DNA from: Octopus vulgaris
Lineage: Eukaryota
Assembly: GCA_951406725.2 (NCBI GenBank)
Contig: OX597818.1
Coordinates: 44,640,001-44,704,000, forward strand
DNA length: 64,000 bases
Direction: 5' to 3'
A program made the position numbers and the translations under genes. The notes below the pieces were generated by a model. The model worked only from the letters and a program-made list of their open reading frames with translations. It was not told the origin of the DNA and did no database searches. How positions within the stretch are numbered: the stretch's first letter is position 1; each line of letters opens with the position of its first letter. Shown piece after piece: positions 40,075-52,330 of this stretch.

Positions 40075-40375
40075 TTCAAGCAAGGTCATTGCCTGTGCCG
40101 CTGGACTGGCTCCTGTGCAGGTGGCACATAAAAGGCACCATTTGAGTGTGGCCGTTGCCAGTACCACCTAACTGGCCCTCATGCCGGTGGCATGTAAAAG
40201 CACCCACTATACTCTCGGAGTGGTTGGCGTTAGGAAGGGCATCCAACTGTAGAAACTCTGCCAGATCAGATTGGAGTCTGGTGCAGCCATCTGGTTCACC
40301 AGACCTCAGTCAAATCGTCCAACCCATGCTAGCATGGAAAGTGGACATTAAACAATGATGATGATGATGATGATA
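40075..40375 (+). mobile_element. Family C 3' UTR fragment
   Basis: Array units, terminus and (GAT)n tail. Confidence 0.88.
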
Positions 40376-40762
40376 CACAGACACATGTATATATACAGAC
40401 ACACACACATACATATATGCTCATATGTATGTGTGTATGTATGTATGTATGTATAATGGCACATCAGCATGTTGTGATTCTGGAAAGAAACAAGCATGGA
40501 AGTACTATTATGAAAGGTTATTAAATGTGGAGAATGCCTGGGGAAAAGGTCTTCCTAAAGTGGTCCTAACAAAGGGAGCAGTCATTCTAGTAGGCATTAG
40601 TATGAAATTGTAGGTGTGAAAGCAAAACCTGGAATCAAAGAGTCCTGGCAAAGACCAAACTTTTGGTGAGTAGGAAAACACTCAGGACTCTACTTCCATC
40701 AGGAAAATGGCCTTACTCAACATGTAGGAAAAGAGTAGGTAGAAATTTCATACCATGTATCC

Positions 40763-41438
40763 TGCTGTGCGTGAGAAGACCCGGCAAGACTAGTGAGACC
40801 ATAACCCGTAGCCTCTACCTGGTATGTAGCCAGTCGACTTATACATACCCTTCCTTCTTGGGACACAAAACTCCACTTGTGAAGACCCGTTGAGGCAAGT
40901 GAAAATCAAATCAAATCAAATCAGATATCAGAAAGCAGAACCAAAATTGAAGTTGATCAACATCAATGGAAATTGCAGCTGTGATACCAGTGCCGGTGAC
41001 AAGTAAGCGAACCATCCGATTGTGGCCATTGCCAGCGCCGACCCGACTGGCCTCCGTGCCGGTGGCACGTAAAAAGCACCATCTGTTTGTGGCCATTGCC
41101 TGCCTCGCCTGGCCCCCGTGCCGGTGGCACGTAAAAAGCCCCATCCGATCATGGCCGTTGCCAACCTCGCCTGGCCCCCGTGCCGGTGGCACATAAAAAG
41201 CACTATCCGTCCGTGGCCGTTTGCCAGCTCCGTTTGGCACCTGTGCGGGTGGCACGTAAAAAGCACCCACTACACTCATGGAGTGGTTGGCATTAGAAAG
41301 GGCATCTAGCCGTAGAAACACTGCCAGATCAGACTGGGCCTGATGCAGCCTTCTGGCTTCCCAGACCCCAGTTGAACCATCCAACCCATGCTAGCATGGA
41401 AAGCGGATGCTAAATGAGGATGATGATGATGATGATTG
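40763..41438 (+). mobile_element. Family C LINE 3' end (ORF2 stop plus full 3' UTR, 5 array units) with 8-bp TSD
   Basis: atgtatcc at 40755 and 41439. Begins with the ...EKTRQD* end homologous to 56170-56198. Confidence 0.9.
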
Positions 41439-41742
41439 ATGTATCCAATGTAAGCTGTAGATGCACAAGAGGTGCACTGGTATCATAGCAGATTAACAGA
41501 GAAAGCAGACTTTGTGTGTGACATGTATGAGAACAATAAACACCAAGAGTGCACAGGATGTAGTTTTTCTTGAACGCCCAGAAAGATCTCTAGAGGCAGT
41601 AGATAGCTTCTGTTACCTAGTTGACCTAATTAGCAGTAAAAGTGGATGTTTTGAAAGTATAGTATCTAGAACAAGAATAGCCCAGAGAAACTTCCTCTAG
41701 AGCAATCAGAAGGTTTCTCTATCAATATCTAGTATAAAGCTT

Positions 41743-42225
41743 CTATCTATCTATCCATTCAGTCGAAGTTGATTCTCGGTTACTCGATGTATCAGTGTTC
41801 TCCATCCAGTTCTATCCTGGGTCGCTTCTTTCAGATTGGCTATGGACATTCCCGTGTCAAGCCAGTGGGTTCTTGGTCAGCCTCTTCCTCTCTTGCCACT
41901 GACTATTCTGAGCATGATGTCCTTCTCCAGGGATTTTCTCCGCATAACATGACCAAAATTTGCCAATCTATGCTTGGTGATCCTAGCTTCTAGTGACAAT
42001 TTCAGCTTGATCTGGTTAAGAACTTCTCCATTGGTGAGCCTCACTGTCCATGGAATCTGTAAAAGTCTTCTCCAACACCAAAGCTCGAATGCATTAATTC
42101 TCTTCTGGTCAGCTTTCTTTAGTGTCCAGGTCTCACATCCATACGTTGCTATTGGGAAGATGATTGCATTCACCAATCTGCATTTGGTAGTGAGGCTGAT
42201 GTCTCTACACTTCCAGACCTTGCTT
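41743..42225 (-). pseudogene. RTE-BovB-like LINE 3' fragment
   Basis: FPIATYGCETWTLKKADQKRINAFELWCWRRLLQIPWT...FGHVMRRKSLEKDIML with a (TAGA)n tail. Confidence 0.92.
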
Positions 42226-42533
42226 CACCAGTCTCTAAAGTACTCAAACTCTCTCAAAGGAGATAATTACATTTGTGAGATACATGGTGATGCCACCAGT
42301 GCTAGTGATATGAGAAAAGCATCCGGTACACTTCATAAAGTGATTGGCATTAGCAATAACGAAGAGTTGGATAAAACATGCTAAAGGCAACATGGAAGCA
42401 CAAGCACATTGTAGATCTCCAATCTGACAGATCCTGTTGAACTATCCGACTCATGCCAGTATGGAAGCTGAACATTAAAGGATGAGGATGTGTGTGTGTG
42501 TGTATACATACACATACATGAATATATATATAG

Positions 42534-42724
42534 CACATGAAAACCACCCACTGAACTCTCGGAGTGGTTGGCATTAGGAAGGGCATCCATCTGTAGAAAC
42601 TTTGCTATATCAGATTGGAGCCTGGTACAGCCTTCTGGCTTGTCAGTGCTCAGTCAAACCATCCAACCCATGCCAGCATGGAAAGCAGACGTTAAACAAC
42701 GATGATGATGATGATGATGATGAT
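42534..42724 (+). mobile_element. Family C 3' terminus
   Basis: Terminus and (GAT)n tail. Confidence 0.85.
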
Positions 42725-42784
42725 ATATATATATATACACACACACACACACCTATATACACATACATATATACAAATACGTAC

Positions 42785-42830
<46 letters not shown>

Positions 42831-43611
42831 ATATATTATATATATGTATGTATGTATGTATGTACAAGTACATACATACAAACATACATGTATACATCCG
42901 CACAAATATATATATACATATGGATATGTTGTTGTTCTTGTTGTTGTTGTTATTATTATTATTAATATAATACTTTACTACAGTTTCAAAATTGCCAAAT
43001 TACCAATTGGTTTCACATCAGAGGTGGAGAACCAACTCTACCAATCATCAGAAAAGGCTGAAAGCAACAGCATGGTGTGGACTCTTTGTCACTGGAAGTG
43101 TTACAACTGGTTTATAGGTCTTAGGGCTGATCTAAAAACTAGAATGGAATACAGAAAAAAACATCACCTACTTAAAACCCCATGGAAGAACTATTTAGTT
43201 GATTTGAGTTATGTCCCTTGAATTGGGATAAAAAAAAGCCAATAATCAACCTATCTTAGTGTCAGTTCAAGGGATATAACTCTAATGACCCAACCACATC
43301 CTTGGGTCGGAACTTAGGTAACTTCTTTAATGGATGTTGATTCAGTTTTTACAAAATACCTAAGAATACAAACTGAATGTGACGCTGTCAGAGCCCTAGT
43401 GACAAAGATCCCATGATATTCATTTCAGCCATTTCTGATGATTGCTAGACTTAGTTTTCCACTTCTGGTATGAAACCATTAAGTGATTTGAATTTTTTCA
43501 GGCTATAATATATTAATGCATTAACAATAATATGCCTACTCTGTTACTGTTTTTTCTGACTTGTAGATTTTTAGACATCTTATAAAGAGTAGAATCAAAT
43601 TTATTATAGAA

Positions 43612-44000
43612 CTAGCAGTATCGCCCAGCGTTGCTCGGGTTTGTTTCGACCCTTTAGAATTGGAATTTTAGAAAAGTTAAAAATTTTGCATTATGTAGCT
43701 TGTTATTCTCTTTAAGTGAACATTTTTCTGGTTGAAATACACCGAAAAATGGCGACACAGCAGTAAAAAAATCGTAAAAAAATAGGGATTTTCATAGAAA
43801 AAAGCACCTTTTTGATGTAAATAATTTTTGGTGTTAACATGGTCCAATTTGAAGTTTATCTCCTACGGAATGAAGAGCAAGCCTTCTTCTATCATACTCT
43901 CAATTTTGGTCAACTTGCGCCGCAGGGTCTCGGAGGAGATAGTGTTAGTCGAAGGCTACCAAACCTGCCATACACAGACAACTTCAGCTTTATATATAGA
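43612..44000 (-). mobile_element. Non-autonomous Helitron
   Basis: Minus strand TCTATATATAAAG...cccgagcaacgctggg hairpin...CTAG|t; same family as 46266-46660. Confidence 0.88.
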
Positions 44001-44529
44001 GTTTTATATTAATTGGTACATTAAGTTTCAGCCAGTGAAGAATGATTTTGTTGGTTTTCTGGGGTTTTTTTTAATGCAAGAAAACAGATAGAAAGCTCTA
44101 TTAAACACAACGTTGTGTCCAGATAGCAAGCTACTGTTGTGAATGGTTCAAAGAAAGAAATTTTATTTTATTACTATCAAAAATCCAAAGGTGAGAAACC
44201 AAATTAAATTCAGGTGTGAAATTTTGGGCAGGTGAAAAAGCTAAATAAAGAAGGAAAAGAAAAATATACAAATTATATATTAGACTAAAATAAAAAAAAA
44301 TTAATAGGTATATGAAATAAAAATATAAGAAAAAATGCGGCAATTATTTTGACTGACGCTGAAGGGAAGAGAAACAAAGCTAATTCAAGCAGAATATGTA
44401 CTTATTACGTAAAGGGACGTAACTACATCCTGTAATACGATTTGTTTGTGACCCTATTGATTCTGTCAATCCATTGACGACCGATACTGCAAAATTTATA
44501 GCCTTGTGTTAGTGTTAGAAATCAATCTA

Positions 44530-45357
44530 GTTAGCCGAAGGCAGACACAACAACAGTCATACTATTTCTGAGCATTGAGGACGAAAGGAAAAGTAACAAA
44601 ACTTGGAAGAGGCAACAGTTCATTAAGATGCGGAGTGTGAGCTCGCAAAAGCACAACGTCAACAAGATCTTGGATGAATGGTAACTGTAGGTGCACCATG
44701 GAGAAGTATTTGGGTTGGCTGGTAATAAACTGGTCAACAGTGTCTTTCAAATTAGCTTAGCTCTTCAAGAGGACTCAGATTTGTGCTGGATGTTAAGTTG
44801 CAGGTGTAGACAATAGATCGATGCAAAGGATATTATGCACTTAGGTAATTCCAATGATCGGCGATGTCCTCAATACACTGAAATCATGTAAATGAGCGGT
44901 TCTTAATATCTGGAAGTATATTGGTAATGTTGGAACTCACCAAAACTGAACTGCGGCGGTGGCAAATGCCAAGATGGGATATCTTGTTTTCTATACATTT
45001 CAGGCCACTTGTTCAGACTGGGGTGTCACTTGTCACTAATACTAATACTTATAGCGATAACAACCCCTTGGGAGCGATGGTACACGTAGTGAGTGCTGCA
45101 ACGGGTACTGAAGATAGTAATGCACCACGAGAACTGAGAGCAATCGTGGTACAAGTGTTTGATCGTCATTGCTAGATACATATGTCTTTGGACCAATGGC
45201 AATGGAAACATCTTTTCGCTAGTAAATTTACCAGGATTTTTAACAATAATCATTCGGACATAGATATATTTGAGTGCTTCTTACTTCCAGGACCCACAGA
45301 AAGTAAAATAGTAGAATTGTTTATCTTTATCGAGAATGGCTGTCTTCTAGATTGAAA

Positions 45358-45358
<1 letters not shown>
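44530..45358 (-). pseudogene. Possible scrambled Helitron helicase C-terminal remnants
   Basis: Weak peptide similarity: FQSRRQPFSIKIN and GKFTSEKMFPLPL..LAMTIK versus GE.V.IPRIPL..RRQFP..AFAMTINK. Confidence 0.3.
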
Positions 45359-45428
<70 letters not shown>

Positions 45429-45863
45429 CACAAAGTAAGTTAGGGGTTATGGGTGCAACCAACTAAGGGATATTTATTCAATATACTGTTGGTAAAGAAC
45501 CCCAAATTCTTAATACATAAAGGTTTTTAATTGCAATGCAATTAACTTAATTTATTGTATTAAATGGGTGAAGGTAAAGAAATATTTTACCGTTATAATT
45601 TGTATTCTTATCTTATATGTATTGAATTATAAGGTATATATGTATGCTATTAAGGTTCTCATTTTGTTAAATGAATAAATAATTCAACATTCTAATATCC
45701 GAAAGTTGATGAACAAACAAAATTGTTTCTCCATTTTCTTATTTGTATTATATATATATATATAGTCAAATCGAATAATCGAACACTAAAAATAACAATA
45801 ACAAAACAACATGAGGATGTGCATATGGAATGTCTTAGTTTGACGCTCGGTAAAAAGAGCGGG

Positions 45864-45900
45864 TTTTTGACGTTCCGAGCATAGGTCTTCGTCAGAAAGG
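45864..45900 (-). ncRNA. Minimal hammerhead ribozyme motif (mutated) in a Penelope-like repeat at about 45770-45950
   Basis: ttt-CTGACGA-a-GACC-tat-GCTC-GGAAC-GTC-aaa. Confidence 0.6.
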
Positions 45901-46008
45901 AAAACAGTAAAGTCCAGAAAACGAAAAATATCACCAACACCACGTGTGTAGTTTATACAAGAAAATGAGATGACAAAGGAATAAGCGATTATCGTATGAA
46001 CTTCATTA

Positions 46009-46088
46009 GCCTACTGCTGTTTCTGCTATTATAAGACACAGTGGATGGCGCTGAGTGTCTAAGTAACACCTTATAGCTTCATCGGAGC
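46009..46088 (-). ncRNA. Hammerhead-like motif with long stem II
   Basis: CCGATGA-a-gctataag...agacac...gtgtct-tataatagc-a-GAAAC-agca-GTA. Confidence 0.5.
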
Positions 46089-46265
46089 ATCGAATACGAA
46101 GTACAATTTATTTGGGAAAAGAATTGCTTATATGCATACATATTCGAAACAGTGTTCTGAAGCATATGTATATTGAATTCTACACCAGGTTATCAGTTTC
46201 GCAATGCCTAAGTCATATATATATGTAATGAAACTTAAAGAACGAAGGCCATAGAGTACCAGCAA

Positions 46266-46660
46266 TTTATATATATAAAGCTGAAGTTGTCTGTGTGTGG
46301 CAGGTTTGGTAGTCTTCAACTAACACTATCTCCTTCGAGACCCTGCGGCGCAAGTTGACCAAAATTGAGAGTATGATAGAAGAAAGCTTGCTCTTCATTC
46401 CATAGAAGAAAAAATTCAAATCGGACCATGTTAAGACCGAAAATTATTTACATCAAAAAGCTGTTATTTTCTATGAAAATCCCTATTTTTTAATGATTTT
46501 TTTAAACTGCTGTGTCGCTATTTTTCGGTGTATTTCAACCAGAAAAATGTTCACTTAAAGAGAATAACAAGCAACATAATGCAAAAGTTTTACTTTTCAA
46601 AAATTCCAATTCTAAAGGGTCGAAAAGAAAAACCCGGGCAACGCTGGGCTATACTGCTAG
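46266..46660 (+). mobile_element. Non-autonomous Helitron
   Basis: Inverted copy of 43612-44000, with hairpin and CTAG|t end. Confidence 0.88.
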
Positions 46661-47654
46661 TATATTATAAAGAAGGGTTCAGCAACTGCTTTTTATGACG
46701 ACCAGTTTTGATTTATTTTGCATCTACCTATAGCCCATATGTATATTATTTGACATCTAAAAAGGAATATATACAAATATATACAATATAAAATGTACAA
46801 TATTTGATAACATAAAAGACGTGTGAGCAAATTAGACGCACTCCATTTTCAGTAGCGCATATTCAGGAAAATTGGTTTTAGTGCATCAAGGCACGTTCTA
46901 TTTTAAGCAACTTTGCATCTAGAATCCAGGGTGGTTTTGTAGGAAATGTTTTCGGAAAACATGTGTGTTTTACATATGCTATCAATTACAGTGTAAATAA
47001 TATATTAAAAAGATATTCCCTAATCTCATTTCTATCACTGGTAAACATTTACAACGTAAACATTTCAGTAGACCACTTGCGGCTTAAGGCCCACTTGTTG
47101 CTAACTTCTACAAAACATCCAATGTAGTGAGGTCTTTATCACAGATGGATCCACCAAATATTTGGACGGTATTTCTAATTAATGTGAGCAAATAATGGTC
47201 ATGAGTCACCCAATCGTATCGATTATTAATGGGAAGAATGAGAACAATTAACGACAAATATATGAAACAAATTATTTTTCTTCAAAATTATGGTCTTCTT
47301 TATCGCATTCGACTTCGTTCTGGTTGTGCTGAGGATATGAAGCTCACTAAAAACCCGTATTACATACACACACACACACACACACATTTGGATCTGTTTC
47401 AAAAGAGTTAACCGCATATGATATAGCGAAAATGAAGGCAAGAATCATTTGAGTCTCAACTGGCCTTAGATTGGAGCGCAGTGGAATTGGGCTTGATGAA
47501 GAAATAGACCCCCCACCCCCCAAAAAAAACATTGGTACTTATTGCATAGTTAGATTCTTATTCAATCGATTTTTTATATGGCATTATACTTTCTTTGATG
47601 ACGGAGATGAACAACTGTTTAAATATAACAGATCTGTTTATCATTCATATTTAA

Positions 47655-48245
47655 AATAATAATAATAATAATAATAATAATTCGTTCGTTTATTGGCCAC
47701 AAGGGCTAACAAAAATCCATTAAAACATAAAGGGACAAAACACAGGACGAAAATTACAAAGGGTTTTGTCCGTTTGAAAAAGGTCCGTGTACAAAAGCAG
47801 GATAACAACGAAATATAAGTAACAATTAAAACTCCCAATAGGGGGAGGCGCTTCGAAAGGTGACTCGTGGAAAAACCCATAAAAGCCACGGGAGCCTGGT
47901 CAAACGTGGGGTAGAGAGCCCCTTTCTCCTTTTATAATACCTTTTTATACTACAGGTGTATCCTCAAAACTGGTCCATTTATACTGGCCATTCTTGCGAC
48001 ATTTACCCACCTTTCAATAAACTTGCTACCAGACATCACTTCCCTCTCTACTCTCACCTTCCTTTTCAAGTGAAACTTGAAAAAGTTGATGAGGCCTTGG
48101 CCAAAGAGGAAAGTGCCTGACCTTAGCCCTTTCAAACGGGTCCACCATACCACCTTTTTCGCTACAGCCACTAGACACAGTAAAACGGCCTTTCCCTCCT
48201 TAATAAAACTTTCACTTTTCACCCACGAAAACATTTCAACTTTTG
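47655..48245 (-). pseudogene. Tx1/L1-group LINE 3' fragment with (TTA)n tail
   Basis: LVAVAKKVVWWTR...FFKFHLKRKVRVER...FIERW resembles a Tx1-type ORF2 C-terminus, followed by a 3' UTR and a simple-repeat tail. Confidence 0.7.
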
Positions 48246-48624
48246 GTCCTGGTAAACATTTTAAAAATGAAAGAAGTTACTTTCACTTAGAGTTCAGGAA
48301 ACTTCTTATCCTGAGACAAATACTTTCATTTTCCCTGAGCCCTGGGAACGAAAACACGTCGATAGGTGATTAGGTTTGTGGCAAAATTGGTTTGGTAATT
48401 GTTCGGGACAATGTTTTACGTGCCTATAGAATGTGGATGGACCCCACTCTCTCATTTTGTACATATTAAAAAAAAAAAAGAAAATCATTGACATAGAAAA
48501 AGACACGAGGGAAAAAATATTTTATAAATAATGAGTTCGTCATCATAAAAAAGAAATGCATCATTTGATGAGTAAGTCATTCATCTTCGATCTGGATAAA
48601 AATATTCATCGGTCAGCTCAATCA

Positions 48625-48672
<48 letters not shown>

Positions 48673-48798
48673 GTGTGTGTGTATGTGTATGTATATAGTA
48701 TGTATGTATGTATGTATGTATGCATGCATCTATCTATCAACCTATCTATCCACAGACACGCATATGTGTATGTATATATAGATACATATATATATATG

Positions 48799-48972
48799 AT
48801 ATAAATAATATATAAATATATGCATATATACATACATACATGTACATACCTGCATATATATGTATATATACATGCCTATATGTCCTGTACTCTTATATGC
48901 ATATATATACATATATATGCAGGTATGTACATGTATGTATATATATGCATATATTTATATATTATTTATATT
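48799..48972. repeat. Inverted repeat of low-complexity sequence (~80-bp arms)
   Basis: catacatgtacatacctgcatatatatgta pairs with tacatatatatgcaggtatgtacatgtatg. Confidence 0.85.
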
Positions 48973-49052
48973 ATTATATGATCGAACGCCACGCATCCTT
49001 TTCCAAGTAAGTTCTATCGATCTATCTATCTATTTATATATATATGTAAACA

Positions 49053-49117
<65 letters not shown>

Positions 49118-49704
49118 AAATATGTATCTATATATACATAACCAGATATGTATACATATGTATCTATGTATGTATACATACATAAACAAACGAAGTCCGT
49201 GATTCTGCTCACCACAACCAACTGTCATAGCACTGTGTTTGTTATCAGATCCAAAACACTACAGCGCACAAGTAGTTAAATATATAAACAGAAATTATTA
49301 CCCATCAATACTTGATACTGATACGAAATTGTATGTTTATAAAGTGTGCTACAAGAAGACCAAAGCTAACATTTACTGACATTTATCGATGATGCATTAA
49401 AATTTATTGTTCTCCTTCAGTGATTGACAAGGAAACGTAATTTAACAACAAAATGCAATCAACACAACCGGCGTTACTTAGTGTCAGGCAAACGTTTGCA
49501 TCTCGCCCTCCTTCTCTTCATCATTTGCTTTTTCCCCACCTATCCGAAGCACGCTTTTTCCAGATTCTCGTTAAAGTCTGTCTTAATTTCCGTTATCAAT
49601 AGGAATTCGTCAACTAACGATTAAAAGATTAAAGAGAAATGATAAAATAATCACATTATCTAAACAAAATATACCTACAACCTCTCTCTTCCTCTCGCAC
49701 GCAC

Positions 49705-50152
49705 ATACATACATACATCATACATACATACATCATCATACATCATACATACATACATACATCATACATACATACATACATACATACATACATACATACA
49801 TACATACATACATACATACATACATACATACATACATACATACATACATACATACATACATACATACATACATACATACATACATACATACATACATACA
49901 TACATACATACATACATACATACATACATACATACATACATACATACATACATACATACATACATACATACATACATACATACATACATACATACATACA
50001 TACATACATACATACATACATACATACATACATACATACATACATACATACATACATACATACATACATACATACATACATACATACATACATACATACA
50101 TACATACATACATACATACATACATACATACATACATACATACATACATACA

Positions 50153-50182
<30 letters not shown>
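49705..50182. repeat. (TACA)n tetranucleotide array, about 420 bp uninterrupted
   Basis: Directly visible. Confidence 0.97.
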
Positions 50183-50183
<1 letters not shown>

Positions 50184-50269
50184 CTAATTTTTCTTTGATA
50201 AGGGATGAATATATTCATGATACAATCACATGTTGAAATTGAAGCACTGGCACTCGATATATATTCACA

Positions 50270-50830
50270 GGACACGGGATAGCGCTTACAAGCGACTGCG
50301 AAAATAAGGTGAAAAGAAATTAAACAAACAATAACAATTGCAATTTACCTGTTTCTTACGGTTTTCTTCCATTGTGTGAAATAAACACACCTGAGTAAGT
50401 AGTAGTTAGTATGAAATTGGTAAGCTTTCCTTTACTTTGTAGTCCAGTTCTCTTTTTACTTCTTTTAAGATTTTTATCAGGGCGGGAGTTTATTTTGGCG
50501 GAAAGTTTTTGTCGGCAATTTTGACAGACAAAACAAGTCAGCGTGTATTCCTGAAGCCGTGACGGATGTTTTCCAAACGAAGAACGAGTAAAAAAAAAAC
50601 TTTTTGGTATCTTCCGCTACTACAGATGCGAATGTGTACAAACACACACAAACACACAAGCGTTAGTTCTAATATGGGTATCCCGTCAGTAATAATAAAT
50701 AAGCTCGGCGCAAACTTATTACAGAAACAAACATTAAAGTTGGTGATTTGCTAGGTGAGTAAGTTGGCATGACGAACAGCGAGAGTGGGGTGCATGTGCG
50801 TGTGAGTGTGAGTGCTGGCTGGCACTCAAC
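50270..50830. promoter_or_regulatory. Promoter-like island with probable non-coding first exon (+) ending at 50754
   Basis: TE-free and visibly CpG-enriched. Contains E2F-like TTTTGGCGGAAA, a GGGCGGGA box and donor TAG|GTGAGT at 50755. Confidence 0.5.
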
Positions 50831-51001
50831 TGTTGTTGATAGTTGTTGGTACGCAATGAAGTTAAATATCCTGTGTCTTCTTTCAAACAGATATATTTGT
50901 ATGGATGTACACAGAAGTGTGATCCAGTCCTAACTCTTTGCTCAGGTCGGCATACATTGAAAGATTGTTTTATAAACACAAATGCCTTTTCTTTCTTTCT
51001 T

Positions 51002-51052
<51 letters not shown>

Positions 51053-52084
51053 ACACACTCTCTCTCTCCTTCACTCACATCTAAGTAACAGATGGATAAG
51101 TTTTCTCTCTAGTTATATGCGTCGCTATGTGGAAAATAATTATGAGAAAGCTAGATTTGCCGGGAAAATGAAAGTAAGATAAGAGGGAGCAGATTTGAAA
51201 TATATGTTCGTAAAGAGGAGGAGACGGGGGAGAAGAATAAAAGGAACTCGCTCAGCAATCTGAATACAGAAGGAAATTAGATTTTCTAATAATTCATAAT
51301 TAAATCGTTATTAGAAACCACTGATAGTTTATATTATTTTATTTTTTAACTCATTGGATTGTGGCACCGCTGGAGCACTGTATTCAATGTGTAAACGACC
51401 GTGCGAAGAAGAGGTGACGAGAATATATCGATCCTATTACTTGTTTCGGACTGGACCCTTTTTCATTGAAATCTGTTTGGCGAACTGCTAGATTACAGGA
51501 CGCGCAGGAACGTAACATTTTGCCGCTCTTTCGACTGGTATAAATAGAAACATGTGCATGCACGCGTACGCATACACGCACACGCGTGCGTACTAATGAC
51601 TATGGTGAACTTAATACAAATAATACGGTCGACAAAGTGAAAGAAATGCCATCCAGTGAAAGCGAAAAGCAAACAAATAATCATTAACAATCAGCAAAGA
51701 TTAGCCATAAACCATAATAAAGGCACTAATAGTAAAATTCGGTTAATTTTTTTTTTTAACTGAACGTTCTTACGGCAGACGATGGGAGAGAACAAAAGAA
51801 AAAAAAAAGCCTACAAAATCAACTCTGGTATGAAGCATGTGCATTCCCCCACCTCCGACACAAACATTACATGCTACTCATAGACACACACACACACTCA
51901 CAACACACACACACACTTCATACGCACACATACAACAATCAGTGCTTTCCTTTCATTTTGTCCTCTATGTTTACTATATAATATGTGCAAAATTCAACAG
52001 ATGCCCGTCCCACACATTCACTTATGTGTAAATATATAATTGGTTTGTACATGGTTTTTGTCTACTAAAATTTCACATACAAGA

Positions 52085-52330
52085 TGGTGGCATGTGTAAA
52101 AGGATTCGAGCGATGTCGTTGCCAGAACCGTCTGACTGGCTCCCATGCCGGTGGCACGTAAAAAGGACCCACTACACTCTCGGAGTGGTTGGCGTTAGGA
52201 AGGGCATCCAGCTGTAGAAACTCTGCCAAATCAAGATCAGAGCCTGGTGCAGCCATCTGGTTCGCCAGCCCTCATTCAAAATCGTCCAACCCATGCTAGC
52301 ATGGAAAGCAGACGTTAAACGATGACGATG
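52085..52330 (+). mobile_element. Family C 3' UTR fragment
   Basis: Array units and terminus. Confidence 0.88.

Larger units (their letters stand above)
40455..42490 (+). pseudogene. Old RTE-X-type LINE ORF2 remnant with Cys/His (PHD-like) segment, split by two younger insertions
   Basis: KQAWKYYYERLLNVENAW; SGKWPYSTCRKRVGRNFIPC|IQCKL*MHKRC; LEAVDSFCYLVDLISSKSGC. Confidence 0.8.

Noticed and set aside
41090-41180. HDV-like ribozyme (cctcgc loop closed by ctggc)
   Set aside because: I could not build the P1/P2 double pseudoknot; the resemblance is limited to one loop
40990-41270. CRISPR-like repeat-spacer appearance
   Set aside because: The spacers are homologous to each other, the array lies in a LINE 3' UTR, there are no cas genes, and the context is eukaryotic
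49736-50275. Long ORFs such as (MYVC)n and the many YI/HT/CV-rich ORFs
   Set aside because: Stop-free translations of microsatellites
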